A DNA stretch of 64,000 nt from SAR86 cluster bacterium AG-422-P06. GTDB taxonomy: Bacteria > Pseudomonadota > Gammaproteobacteria > Magnimaribacterales > TMED112. The stretch covers positions 67,497-131,496 of the forward strand of contig QCMX01000001.1 in assembly GCA_003213455.1 (NCBI GenBank). The letters run 5' to 3'. Shown here in pieces: positions 9,896-19,300 of the stretch; the first letter of the stretch is position 1; every line of letters starts with the position of its first letter. The position numbers and the translations under genes are program-made. The notes under the pieces were generated by a model. That model did no database searches, had not been told where the DNA came from, and worked only from the letters and a program-made list of their open reading frames with translations.

Positions 9896-10910
9896 GATCG
9901 CTTAATAGTTGTTTTGTTTCATCCCAGTGGACACAGGCATCTGTAATGCTTTTGCCGTATTCAAGATTATCAGAAATCTTTTGCGCACCTTCTTTAAGAT
10001 GGCTTTCTATCATTACTCCAATTATATTTTTGTCACCTTCGCTAATTTGCTGGCAAACCGAAGCACATACTTTCTTTTGATTCTCATGGTTTTTTTGACT
10101 ATTGCCATGACTGAAATCAATCATAATATTTGCGTTAACTTCATTTTTTTGTAATGCCTTTACACATCCTTCAATATCTTCTGGATGAAAATTAGGTTGA
10201 AGACCTCCACGTAGAATAATATGAGTATCATCATTTCCAGATGTCTTAAAGATTGCTATCTTCCCTTTTTTTGTTGTCCCTAAAAATACATGTTGATATT
10301 GAGCCGATTTGATTGCATCAATTGCTATTTGAATATCGCCTGTAGTTGAGTTCTTTATTCCCATTGGGCAAGAAAGCCCTGAAGTTAACTCTCTATGGAC
10401 CTGACTTTCTGCTGTTCTAGCTCCAATAGCACCCCAACTTACTAGATCTGAAACATATTGTGGCGATATGAGATCTAAGAATTCTGTGCCAGTTGGCATG
10501 CCTAAATCCGCAATATCTTTAAGAAGTTTTCTTGAAACCCTTAATCCTTCATTAATTTTGAAAGAGTTATCTATTCTTGGATCATTAATCAATCCTTTCC
10601 ATCCAATTGTTGTTCTCGGTTTTTCAAAATACACCCTCATTACTACCATAAGTTCATTTTCTACTGATGCAGAAAATTCTTTTAAAAGCTGAGCGTATTC
10701 AATTGCCGACTTAGGGTCATGTATTGAACAAGGACCAACAACCACAATTAATCTATCATCTTGTCTGTGAAGTATCTGACTTATGCTTCTTCTAGCACCA
10801 AATATTAGTTTTGAAGATTCTTTATCTAAAGGTATCTCATTGTTGATCTCTTCAGGAGAAGATAATTCTTCTCTAGATAGAATTCTACTATTGTCAGTAA
10901 TGTATTTCAT
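9858..10910 (-). CDS. aroG: 3-deoxy-7-phosphoheptulonate (DAHP) synthase, class I
   Basis: 350 aa. Motifs GPCSIHD, RVYFEKPRTTIGWKGLINDP, IGARTAESQVHRE. Isoenzyme specificity (G/F/H) is not determinable. Confidence 0.9.
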   Translation of the reverse strand: MKYITDNSRILSREELSSPEEINNEIPLDKESSKLIFGARRSISQILHRQDDRLIVVVGPCSIHDPKSAIEYAQLLKEFSASVENELMVVMRVYFEKPRTTIGWKGLINDPRIDNSFKINEGLRVSRKLLKDIADLGMPTGTEFLDLISPQYVSDLVSWGAIGARTAESQVHRELTSGLSCPMGIKNSTTGDIQIAIDAIKSAQYQHVFLGTTKKGKIAIFKTSGNDDTHIILRGGLQPNFHPEDIEGCVKALQKNEVNANIMIDFSHGNSQKNHENQKKVCASVCQQISEGDKNIIGVMIESHLKEGAQKISDNLEYGKSITDACVHWDETKQLLSDLATSIKARRSVG

Positions 10911-11053
10911 TTTATTAAATCAGAGCAGTCAATTTTACATCATCAGTGGCTAACTTTCCCCCGAAAAATGAAACTATTGGGAAGAAATAATATTTTTACA
11001 ATTAAACACAATATTTAGTATTTATTTTCTTTTTTATATACAATATCTAGTGT
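10911..11053. promoter_or_regulatory. divergent intergenic region that must carry the aroG-side and scpA-side promoters
   Basis: At 143 nt this is the largest non-coding gap in the window, lying between divergently oriented genes. It is very AT-rich. It contains TTTACA-(18 nt)-TATTTA upstream of scpA. No experimental support. Confidence 0.3.
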
Positions 11054-11851
11054 ATGGAAGCCGTTCAAGAAATAGCATTACCAAAGATTAAGGGTAGTCC
11101 TGTCGATCAATTACCTGAAAATCTCTATGTACCACCTAAAGCTCTATTGCTCTTGCTTGACGTCTTTTCGGGTCCAATGGACTTCCTTTTATATCTCATA
11201 CAAAGAAAAAATTTAGATATCCTCGAAGTTAATCTAGTAGATATCACTGACCAATATATTGCCTACATAGAAATGATGGAAGATTTTGAATACGAATTAG
11301 CTGGAGATTATCTAGCTATGGCAGCTTACTTAGCAGAAATTAAATCAAGAATCTTGCTTCCAAGAGAAGAAGAGAATGAAGAAGAAGAAGGCGATCCAAA
11401 AGCAGAGTTATTAAGAAGGTTGCAAGAGTACAAAAGGTTTAAAGAAGTATCCTTTAAGCTTGATGAAATACCTAGAGTGGATAGGGATATTTTTCCTGCA
11501 TCAGGAAAATTGCCCGAGTTTGAATTGCCTAGGCCAAAGAATAATTACGATAAGAATGATTTAACATTTGCTTTGAGATCAATGCTTGATGAAATGGTAA
11601 GGCTAACAAGTCATAAGGTTAAGCTTGAAAATATAACTGTAGAATCAAAAATGAAGTTATTGCTCGATAGTCTTAAGGAAAGAGACTTTATCTCTTTGCC
11701 AGAATTAATACTAAGTGGGGAATCAAAACTTGCAGTTTCAGTGATATTGTCAGCCGCATTGGAGCTTAATCGAAAAGGGTATGTTGAAATAGTTCAGGCT
11801 GAACAATTTGGAGAAATCTACTTCAAAGGTGCAGAAGAGGTTGTACATTAA
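11054..11851 (+). CDS. scpA: segregation and condensation protein A
   Basis: 265 aa. Motif PMDFLLYLIQRKNLDILEVNLVDITDQY is typical of ScpA. Followed by scpB with a 1-nt overlap. Confidence 0.9.
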   Translation: MEAVQEIALPKIKGSPVDQLPENLYVPPKALLLLLDVFSGPMDFLLYLIQRKNLDILEVNLVDITDQYIAYIEMMEDFEYELAGDYLAMAAYLAEIKSRILLPREEENEEEEGDPKAELLRRLQEYKRFKEVSFKLDEIPRVDRDIFPASGKLPEFELPRPKNNYDKNDLTFALRSMLDEMVRLTSHKVKLENITVESKMKLLLDSLKERDFISLPELILSGESKLAVSVILSAALELNRKGYVEIVQAEQFGEIYFKGAEEVVH

Positions 11852-12432
11852 TGGATATTAAGCAAAGAACAGAAGCTCTACTGTTAGCTGCAAATCGAGC
11901 TTTAACGATAAAAGATATTGTAGAGCTATTGGAAGTTGAAAGCGCAGAGGACGAATCTAAAGTAATCAACGCTATTACTGCATTAAAAGAGGAATATGAA
12001 TCAAGACCTTATGACCTGGTGGAGGTTTCAAGCGGATATCGAATTCAATTAAATCAAGAGTGTGCCCAAGATGTAGCAAAATTATGGGAAATGAAACCTT
12101 TAAGGTTATCAAGAGCTACATTAGAAACTCTTTCGATTATTACTTATATGCAACCAGTTACTCGAGGTGACATTGAAGATATTAGGGGTGTAAATGTTGC
12201 TACAAATGTAATTAAAATTCTTATGGATCAAGGCTGGATAAAAATCAAAGGTTACAGAGATGTGCCAGGCAGACCTGCCTTATTTATAACCACACAGAAA
12301 TTTTTAGATGATTTCTCTATGAAGACACTCGATGATCTTCCTGTTTTGCCTGATTTGCCAGAAATAGATAATATTTCTCCAGAACTTAAACTCCAGGAAG
12401 ATGCAGTTGAGCACGAAGCTCCAGCACAGTAA
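11851..12432 (+). CDS. scpB: segregation and condensation protein B
   Basis: 193 aa. Motifs LSRATLETLSIITYMQPVTRGDIEDIRGV and GRPALFITT are typical of ScpB. Confidence 0.9.
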   Translation: MDIKQRTEALLLAANRALTIKDIVELLEVESAEDESKVINAITALKEEYESRPYDLVEVSSGYRIQLNQECAQDVAKLWEMKPLRLSRATLETLSIITYMQPVTRGDIEDIRGVNVATNVIKILMDQGWIKIKGYRDVPGRPALFITTQKFLDDFSMKTLDDLPVLPDLPEIDNISPELKLQEDAVEHEAPAQ

Positions 12433-13165
12433 GGAAAAAATTTCCAAGTATCTAGCAAACTTAGGTTTTGCTTCACGACGCAATATCAATGATTTATTTA
12501 AGACAAAAAAAATAACACTCAATGGCAAAATGGTAAACCATAATGCCTTGGTTAAAGACAACGATGTAATCAATCTTGATGGAGAGGATCTGGTAGTAGA
12601 ACTTAATCCTGAGACAGAGGTTCTTATCTACCACAAACCGACAGGACAAGTTTGCTCAAATGTACCAACGGATAAAAATGACAGCGTATTTCAAGGACTA
12701 CCTCCAAGGAAAAAAGGGAAATGGATTATGGTCGGTAGGTTAGATGTTAATACATCTGGTCTTTTGGTCTTTTCTAATAATGGAGATTTTGTAAATTTTC
12801 TAGCTCATCCAAGCAGCAAAATAGACCGAGAGTATTTATGCAGAGTTTATGGTGACATCTCTGACAAAAAACTTGAGAACATAATGAATGGCGTAAATAT
12901 CAATGGGGAAAAAACAAGTTTTTCCGATGTGGTAGCAGTTAAAAAGACTTCAAAGTCGAAGAATCACTGGTTCTATGTTTGTTTATTCACCGGAAAAAAT
13001 CGTGAGGTCAGAAAGATATGGGGTACTCAAAAATTAACAGTCAATAGATTAATGAGATTAAGGTATGGTCCAATAATCATGCCGGAGAACCTCAAACCAG
13101 GAGGATGGAAAAAGTTCTCTAAGAAAGAAGTCGCTAAATTACAAAATCTTCTTAAGATTCAATAA
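12401..13165 (+). CDS. rluB: 23S rRNA pseudouridine synthase (RsuA/RluB family)
   Basis: N-terminal S4 domain (ISKYLANLGFASRRNINDLFKTKKITLNG). Catalytic motif GRLDVNTSGLL. Conserved scpA-scpB-rluB order. Confidence 0.85.
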   Translation: MQLSTKLQHSKEKISKYLANLGFASRRNINDLFKTKKITLNGKMVNHNALVKDNDVINLDGEDLVVELNPETEVLIYHKPTGQVCSNVPTDKNDSVFQGLPPRKKGKWIMVGRLDVNTSGLLVFSNNGDFVNFLAHPSSKIDREYLCRVYGDISDKKLENIMNGVNINGEKTSFSDVVAVKKTSKSKNHWFYVCLFTGKNREVRKIWGTQKLTVNRLMRLRYGPIIMPENLKPGGWKKFSKKEVAKLQNLLKIQ

Positions 13166-14166
13166 ATATTTATTGTTACAACAACAGGGAAATGGTCAGA
13201 TACACCATACAGTCCTTTGGAGTTGAAGCGTATTGGGCTACCATCATCTCTTGTCTGAGCATCTACTTTAATTATTTCAACACTATTCTCAACAAATTCA
13301 GCAGATCCACCTCTTTTTAACATGACTGCATCTAAAAAAGACCATCTATCATCTCTGTAATAATAATTTGTTCCTTTGCATTCAGCGCATTGGTCTAAGT
13401 GGGATACAAACCAGTTTTTATGAATATTTTCATATAGTTTTTCCTTGGCATTTTCTGCAGAAGTAACATTGAAATCACCAAGAGCTATAGCAATCTTTTT
13501 ATTATTGCTCCCAAGCTTATCAAGTGTGGCAAAAGCATCTTTTCTCATAAATAGTGGATTATGTGGAGCAGGAAAATGGACGTTATAAATCGATACTTCC
13601 TTATCTTTGATCATAAACACACTTTCTAAAATTGGCCTAGTATCGCCAATTTGATCTTTAGATCCTCCAGTAAATTTAATTTGATGTAACTTGGAGTTCA
13701 GAATTTTATATTTTGAAATAAATGCATTATCAATACCTCTGTCGTCGTTACCTTCAACAAGCGTATAAAACTTATATCCATGGTTCTTCAATCTGTCAAA
13801 AAGCTGCTTAAGTATATTTTCATTTTCTACTTCTTGAAGACCAATTACATCAGGCCCATGTTTTTCATAAGAAAGTATAGTTTCAGCTATTACGTTTAAT
13901 TTGTATTCAATGACTTCATCGTTCCAATCTATATTCAGACAATCATCCCTCCATTTGAAAACCTCAATTTTGTTGCATTGGTCAATATGAATTTTTGAAG
14001 TCTTCATAGAAGATGGTAAATAGGTCTCATCTTCTTTTTGAGGGTCATCAAGGTTGTCAAAAAGGTTTTCAACATTAAAAGTCATCACAGTGAATTTGCT
14101 TGCAAAACCCAATGAGGATAAAAGCATAAAGGTAATAAGAAAAAGGATATTGTTAAATTTCGTCAT
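13159..14166 (-). CDS. secreted endonuclease/exonuclease/phosphatase (EEP) family protein
   Basis: 335 aa. N-terminal signal peptide (ILFLITFMLLSSLGFAS). EEP motifs TFNVENLF, GLQEVEN, LGDFN, GVSDHFPV. Paired cysteines (DQCNK...DDC, DQCAEC) fit an extracytoplasmic protein. Confidence 0.8.
   Translation of the reverse strand: MTKFNNILFLITFMLLSSLGFASKFTVMTFNVENLFDNLDDPQKEDETYLPSSMKTSKIHIDQCNKIEVFKWRDDCLNIDWNDEVIEYKLNVIAETILSYEKHGPDVIGLQEVENENILKQLFDRLKNHGYKFYTLVEGNDDRGIDNAFISKYKILNSKLHQIKFTGGSKDQIGDTRPILESVFMIKDKEVSIYNVHFPAPHNPLFMRKDAFATLDKLGSNNKKIAIALGDFNVTSAENAKEKLYENIHKNWFVSHLDQCAECKGTNYYYRDDRWSFLDAVMLKRGGSAEFVENSVEIIKVDAQTRDDGSPIRFNSKGLYGVSDHFPVVVTINIY
13160..13175. repeat. perfect 16-nt palindrome CAATAAATATTTATTG spanning the overlapping stop codons of convergent rluB and the EEP gene
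   Basis: Read directly from the sequence: caataaat / atttattg are reverse complements. The rluB stop is TAA at 13163-13165. The EEP gene stop is TGA (minus strand) at 13159-13161. Confidence 0.9.
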
Positions 14167-14398
14167 CTTGAACTCTCCATTCTGTTATTGTATCCGATCG
14201 TATGTCTCGCCATGCATTTTTATCTAATGACCAAACCACAATTGTTGCACTTTCAGAAGAAATATTAAGAATTTTTGACCCCTTAGGCATTAAATCTTCA
14301 TTTAAAGTTGAAGGCATGACTCGAATTTCATTGGTATCAATTTTTTTGAAACTTATTACCACTATGCCTTTCTTAAGTGCTTCAATTAATTCATTCAT
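14153..14398 (-). CDS. small WYL_2/DUF2693-like (SH3-like beta-barrel) protein
   Basis: 81 aa. The pattern GIVVISFKKIDTNEIRVMPSTLNEDLMP...ATIVVWSLDKNAWRDIRSDTI resembles the DUF2693 consensus (vvFtKkDGtER.M.cTLn..liP...v.VwD.e...WRsf..d.i). This is recalled from memory, not searched. Overlaps both neighbours (14 nt and 8 nt). Confidence 0.45.
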   Translation of the reverse strand: MNELIEALKKGIVVISFKKIDTNEIRVMPSTLNEDLMPKGSKILNISSESATIVVWSLDKNAWRDIRSDTITEWRVQDDEI

Positions 14399-15134
14399 GA
14401 TAGTTGTACATTAATCCTGTTTCTTTGCACTGGTCGCTTAGTAGCCATAAGTAATCTTTTGCAATTACTTCTGGTGTTCTAAGAGTTTGCGGATCTTCAG
14501 CTGGGAATGCTTGTGCTCTCATATTTGTTCTAGTAGGACCAGGATTGTAAGAATTAACCCTCATATCATTTTCATATTCATCTGCAAGACTTTGCATAAG
14601 GCCTTCAACTGCAAATTTTGATATTGAATAGCTGGTCCAGAATGCTCTTGCCTTTCTTCCTACTCCAGAGGACGTAAAAATTATAGATGGATTTTGAGAC
14701 TGCAGAACTAGTGGTAATGCTAGTTGTGTTAATAGAAAATTACTTTCAAAGTTTACCTGCATAACTGTTTTTAGCTGGCTCAAAGAGGTATTAATTATCG
14801 GCGATAAATATCCAAGGATTCCTGCTATATGTACCAAGCCATCAAGATGCTCATACTGATCATATAAGTTTTCAGCTAAAGTTTTATAATCTTTTTCCTT
14901 GGCTTTAAAGAAATCTAGCTCAACAACTAATGGCTCTTTATGGCCTTCTTTACATATCTCATCTTGTAGGGAATATAGTTTTTTTATGTCTTTTGACAGC
15001 AAAATAAGATTAGCTCCTTGTTCAGCTGCGGCTTTAGCTACAGCTCTTCCAATACCTGAACCAGAACCTGTAATAAGTATATTCTTATCTGTCAGCAAGC
15101 CTTCTTGGGCACTTAGTTTAGGAACATGATTCAT
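14391..15134 (-). CDS. yciK: short-chain dehydrogenase/reductase, YciK-like
   Basis: 247 aa. Cofactor motif ITGSGSGIGRA. Catalytic YSISKFAVEG (YxxxK). Position after ubiG and the HAD phosphatase, as in pseudomonads. Confidence 0.75.
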   Translation of the reverse strand: MNHVPKLSAQEGLLTDKNILITGSGSGIGRAVAKAAAEQGANLILLSKDIKKLYSLQDEICKEGHKEPLVVELDFFKAKEKDYKTLAENLYDQYEHLDGLVHIAGILGYLSPIINTSLSQLKTVMQVNFESNFLLTQLALPLVLQSQNPSIIFTSSGVGRKARAFWTSYSISKFAVEGLMQSLADEYENDMRVNSYNPGPTRTNMRAQAFPAEDPQTLRTPEVIAKDYLWLLSDQCKETGLMYNYHE

Positions 15135-15778
15135 ACTATTTCCATAATATCAGAAGGCTTCTGAACTAAATGATCAGCATTCCAATTAATTGGGTCTGTT
15201 TCATGATAGCCATACGTGCAGGCAATTGAAATTACACCGGCATTATGTGCTGTTTCAATATCTCTTTGATGGTCTCCAATGTAGTAAGATTGTTTTGGGT
15301 CTCCGTCTAAGAGCTTTAAGCCTTTAAAAATACCTTCAGGGCTTGGTTTAACTTCTTTCAAATCTTCAGGACATATTATTGCTTTAGTTAATTTATGCCA
15401 ATTTAATTTTTTAATAATGGGCATGGTATACATTGCAGATTTATTTGTCACAATCCCCCATTGAACTTTTTTGGCTGCTAAATAATCAAGCAATTCATCA
15501 ACACCATCATATTTAACAATATTGCTGGTCATGATTTTTTCATATTTGCTAAGAAATTCTGATTTTAAAGATGAAATCTTTTCTTGTGAGGCATCTGGGA
15601 AAGAATTTTTTAAAACGAGCGTGGCTCCTCTGGAAGAATATTTTCGAACAATTTCAAAATCTACAGAACTTTGACCTTCTTTTTCTTTGAGTTCATTTAC
15701 TATCTTGAGAAAGGAAAGACCAGAATTAATTAAGGTGCCATCAAGATCAAAAAGAACTACTTTATTTTTTGGTTGCAT
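15131..15778 (-). CDS. HAD-IA phosphatase (phosphoglycolate phosphatase / MupP-like)
   Basis: 215 aa. HAD motifs VLFDLDGTL, VTNK, IGDHQRDIETAHNAG. ATGA overlap with the SDR gene. Confidence 0.8.
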   Translation of the reverse strand: MQPKNKVVLFDLDGTLINSGLSFLKIVNELKEKEGQSSVDFEIVRKYSSRGATLVLKNSFPDASQEKISSLKSEFLSKYEKIMTSNIVKYDGVDELLDYLAAKKVQWGIVTNKSAMYTMPIIKKLNWHKLTKAIICPEDLKEVKPSPEGIFKGLKLLDGDPKQSYYIGDHQRDIETAHNAGVISIACTYGYHETDPINWNADHLVQKPSDIMEIV

Positions 15779-16454
15779 GAATTATGTAATTAACTGATGG
15801 ATCATCGGTAAGTCTAACAATGTCTAGGAAAGGTAAGTATGACATGCCATTTACTTCTTCAAAATCTAAGTCTGCTGAGTCTATAAAGCCTTTCATTTCT
15901 GATGGCTTAATGAGCTTTTCAAATTCATGTGTACCTTGAGGCAGAATATTTAGAATATATTCAGCACCCAATATAGCGAAAATAAATGATTTTAGATTCC
16001 TATTAATGGTAGAGAAGAAAAGGTGTCCCCCAGACTTACATAATTGGGCACATTCTTTAACAACAATTGATGGATCAGGCACATGTTCTAACATTTCTAA
16101 GCATGTTATTACATCAAATTGCTTACCTTCCTTAACTAAATCTGTTGTGCTGATCTTTCTGTAATTTATGGGCAGCTGAGATTTTTGTTGTCTAATTTTT
16201 GCAACATTTAGAGGACCATCAGCTAAATCTATCGCTGTAACGATACCGCCTTTCTGACATAGCAGCTCCGAAAGAATTCCACCTCCGCAACCAATATCTA
16301 GTATTTCAGAATCCTTAATAGATGTTCTTTTTTCTATATAACTTGTTCTCAAGGGATTAATTAGGTGCAATGGCTTGAATTTACCATTTGGATCCCACCA
16401 TTGGTCTGCTAATTTTGTGAATTTCTCTAATTCTAATTGATCAAAATTTTCCAT
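15762..16454 (-). CDS. ubiG: bifunctional 3-demethylubiquinone / 2-polyprenyl-6-hydroxyphenol O-methyltransferase
   Basis: 230 aa. Motifs WWDPNGKFKPLHLINPLR and SAM motif ILDIGCGGGILSE, plus CLEMLEHVPDP. Confidence 0.92.
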   Translation of the reverse strand: MENFDQLELEKFTKLADQWWDPNGKFKPLHLINPLRTSYIEKRTSIKDSEILDIGCGGGILSELLCQKGGIVTAIDLADGPLNVAKIRQQKSQLPINYRKISTTDLVKEGKQFDVITCLEMLEHVPDPSIVVKECAQLCKSGGHLFFSTINRNLKSFIFAILGAEYILNILPQGTHEFEKLIKPSEMKGFIDSADLDFEEVNGMSYLPFLDIVRLTDDPSVNYIIHATKK

Positions 16455-16488
16455 AAGTTAAAGTATATCTTGAGACATTTAATATTTT

Positions 16489-17607
16489 ATGATTTTAGGG
16501 GCCATCACACCAAAAAACCAAAAAGATTTAAGATCAAGTTTACATCCAAATACATTACAACCTATCTTGGATATGGGTATAGATGTAATTTTTGAAAGTG
16601 GTTTAGGTAAGGGGATTGATGTTGATGATTCTGTATTTAGTCAGATGGGCGCAAAACCAGTTTCAAGAGAATCATGTATTTCTACAGCAGATATTTTAAT
16701 GTCATCCAGCCCAGTTTCTGATGATGAAATTTCATCAATGAAAGATCAATCAATATTTTTAGGACTTATGGAGCCTTTTGCTAATAGAAGTCAATTTTCT
16801 GCTTTTCAACAAAACAATATTTCAGCTATAAGCATGGAATTTATTCCAAGAATTACTAGAGCACAAAAGATGGATGTATTAAGCAGCCAATCAAATCTTG
16901 CAGGTTATGTCTCGGTTATAGAGTCTGCTAAAGTCTTAAAATCAGCATTACCTATGATGATGACAGCTGCCGGAACCCTTAAGCCAGCTTCAGTTTTTGT
17001 CATTGGTGTTGGTGTTGCTGGTTTACAAGCCATAGCAACAGCAAAAAGACTTGGAGCTAAAGTAGAAGCATTTGATACTAGACCAGTTGTAGAGGAGCAA
17101 GTTAAATCGTTAGGAGCAAAATTTGTCAAATTAGATTTAGGAAATACTGGCCAAACAGATCAAGGTTATGCCAATGAACTTTCCGAAGAACAAATTAAAT
17201 TGCAAAAAGAATTACAAAGTGAAGTGTGCGCAAGATCAGATATAGTAATAACTACCGCTCAATTATTCGGAAAACCTGCACCAAAATTAGTTGATGAAAA
17301 TACTATTAAAAAGATGAGGCCTGGAAGCGTAATTTTTGATATGGCGGTTGAAAGTGGTGGCAATGTTGAAGGATCTGCACTCGATGAAATCACAGATATT
17401 CATGGTGTTAAAGTTATTGGGCTATCTAATTTGCCTTCCTTGGTAGCTGACCACGCATCCTTTGCTTTAAGCAATAACTTTATAAATTTCATAACTGATT
17501 TTTACGATAAAGAGGATAAGTTAATGAAATTAGATCTTGATGATGAAGTTATAAAGTCTGCCTTGCTTGTACATGATGGCCAGGTTCTAAATGGAGCATT
17601 TAAGTAA
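16489..17607 (+). CDS. pntAA: NAD(P) transhydrogenase subunit alpha part 1
   Basis: 372 aa. AlaDH/PNT N- and C-domains. NAD-binding VIGVGVAGLQAIATAKRLGA. Confidence 0.92.
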   Translation: MILGAITPKNQKDLRSSLHPNTLQPILDMGIDVIFESGLGKGIDVDDSVFSQMGAKPVSRESCISTADILMSSSPVSDDEISSMKDQSIFLGLMEPFANRSQFSAFQQNNISAISMEFIPRITRAQKMDVLSSQSNLAGYVSVIESAKVLKSALPMMMTAAGTLKPASVFVIGVGVAGLQAIATAKRLGAKVEAFDTRPVVEEQVKSLGAKFVKLDLGNTGQTDQGYANELSEEQIKLQKELQSEVCARSDIVITTAQLFGKPAPKLVDENTIKKMRPGSVIFDMAVESGGNVEGSALDEITDIHGVKVIGLSNLPSLVADHASFALSNNFINFITDFYDKEDKLMKLDLDDEVIKSALLVHDGQVLNGAFK

Positions 17608-17879
17608 TGGAAATTTTCTTGTTGCTTTTTTTCATATTAGTTTTAGCAATATTCTTAGGGTTAGAGCTCATATCAAAAATACCAAGCACTTTACATACGC
17701 CTTTAATGTCAGGAGCTAATGCGATAAGTGGAATAACTCTTGTGGGAGCTTTAAGTCTTGATACTGGCAGCAATATTCAAATGATCTTAGCTTTTTGTGC
17801 AATTACATTTGCATCAATTAATGTTTTTGGAGGCTATCTGGTTACCAACAGAATGTTGAGGATGTTTAAAAAGAAATGA
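17607..17879 (+). CDS. pntAB: NAD(P) transhydrogenase subunit alpha part 2 (membrane)
   Basis: 90-aa, three-TM protein between pntAA and pntB. Motifs HTPLMSGANAISG and TFASINVFGGYLVT. Confidence 0.9.
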   Translation: MEIFLLLFFILVLAIFLGLELISKIPSTLHTPLMSGANAISGITLVGALSLDTGSNIQMILAFCAITFASINVFGGYLVTNRMLRMFKKK

Positions 17880-19273
17880 TTGATCTAGATTTTCAAATTG
17901 TTCAACAACTAGGCTATATATTTTCTGCCATGCTGTTCATTTATGGTCTTAAGATGTTGTCAAAAGAAGATACAGCTGCAAGAGGAAATCTTGTCTCCTC
18001 AACTGGTATGTTTCTTGCAGTTTTGGTAACAATTGTTGAAATAATAAATCCTTTATTAGTAATTTCAGCGATAGTGCTTGGAGGTTTAATAGGATCAATT
18101 TTTGCTCTTAAAGTTAAGATGACTTCTATTCCAGAAATGGTTGCTTTATTTAATGGCTTTGGCGGTCTTTCTTCATTCTTTTTAGCATGGTCAGAGTTTA
18201 ATAATCTAACAACATCATCATTAATAATGTTAATTACCTATGCCACTGTGATTATTGGTGGTGTAACGTTCAGTGGAAGTGTAATAGCATTCTTGAAACT
18301 TTCTGAGATGTTTAAAGGAGGAAATAATTTCTTAAATCAAGCCTCCAGATGGTTTCTAATATTTAGTCTTATTTTTATTGCTATTGCCGCACTACAAATA
18401 GTTGTAAGCAGTCTGGGAATTTACAGTTTTAACTTTGAGATCATCCAGCAAGTATTTATAGCTTTATTAATTATTTCAATCCTTTCTGGTTTGGCTTTTG
18501 TTGTGCCAATTGGGGGTGGCGATATGCCAGTAGTAATATCGCTTTTAAACTCCTTGTCAGGAATTGCAGCTGCCTCTGCAGGCATACTTTTAACTAACAC
18601 TGCATTAATAGTGGCAGGTTGTTTAGTTGGAGCATCAGGATTGGTCCTTACCTTGATTATGGCAAAATCAATGAATAGAACTCTTTATAATATTTTCTTT
18701 GTTGGCTATGAAAGTTCAGGATCTAGTAGTGCAGAAATCGATGGCGAGATCAAACCGATCTCAGCAGAGGATGCATACTTAGTAGTCGAATCAGCAAGAT
18801 CAGCTTTGATCGTTCCAGGCTATGGTATGGCTGTAGCTCAAGCACAACATGTGGTCAAAGAGCTTGGAGATTTACTAGAGGAAAATGGTTGCGAGGTTTC
18901 TTTTGGAATACATCCTGTAGCTGGAAGAATGCCAGGCCACATGAACGTATTGCTTGCTGAAGCGAATGTTTCTTATGACAACCTTCTTGAACCTAAAGAT
19001 ATTAATCCTAAAATGGACACTGTTGATATTGCCATAGTAATTGGAGCAAATGATGTTGTTAATCCATCTGCGACAGAAGAACCTGGAAGCCCAATCTATG
19101 GGATGCCAATTTTAGAGGTCCATAGAGCAAAAACTGTAATGGTTCTTAAGCGTTCAATGGCTTCAGGTTTTGCTGGTGTTCAGAACCCACTTTTCTTTAA
19201 AGAGAATTCAAGGATGCTTTTTGGTGATGCCAAGGAAAGTATTTCCAAATTAGTAGCAGAATTTAAAGATTAG
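17876..19273 (+). CDS. pntB: NAD(P) transhydrogenase subunit beta
   Basis: 465 aa. Multi-TM N-terminal half and C-terminal dIII domain (PGYGMAVAQAQH, HPVAGRMPGHMNVLLAEA, GANDVVNP). Confidence 0.95.
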   Translation: MIDLDFQIVQQLGYIFSAMLFIYGLKMLSKEDTAARGNLVSSTGMFLAVLVTIVEIINPLLVISAIVLGGLIGSIFALKVKMTSIPEMVALFNGFGGLSSFFLAWSEFNNLTTSSLIMLITYATVIIGGVTFSGSVIAFLKLSEMFKGGNNFLNQASRWFLIFSLIFIAIAALQIVVSSLGIYSFNFEIIQQVFIALLIISILSGLAFVVPIGGGDMPVVISLLNSLSGIAAASAGILLTNTALIVAGCLVGASGLVLTLIMAKSMNRTLYNIFFVGYESSGSSSAEIDGEIKPISAEDAYLVVESARSALIVPGYGMAVAQAQHVVKELGDLLEENGCEVSFGIHPVAGRMPGHMNVLLAEANVSYDNLLEPKDINPKMDTVDIAIVIGANDVVNPSATEEPGSPIYGMPILEVHRAKTVMVLKRSMASGFAGVQNPLFFKENSRMLFGDAKESISKLVAEFKD

Positions 19274-19300
19274 TTCTTTTCCCTATGTTAAAATAGCTTC

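Noticed and set aside
11363-11392. GAA/GAG purine-rich tract (REEENEEEEG)
   Set aside because: It is in frame within ScpA and corresponds to an acidic linker. It is not a repeat element or regulatory tract.
12252-12573. Two minus-strand ORFs (74 and 89 aa) at the scpB/rluB junction
   Set aside because: They are antisense to well-supported scpB and rluB coding sequence and have no motifs.
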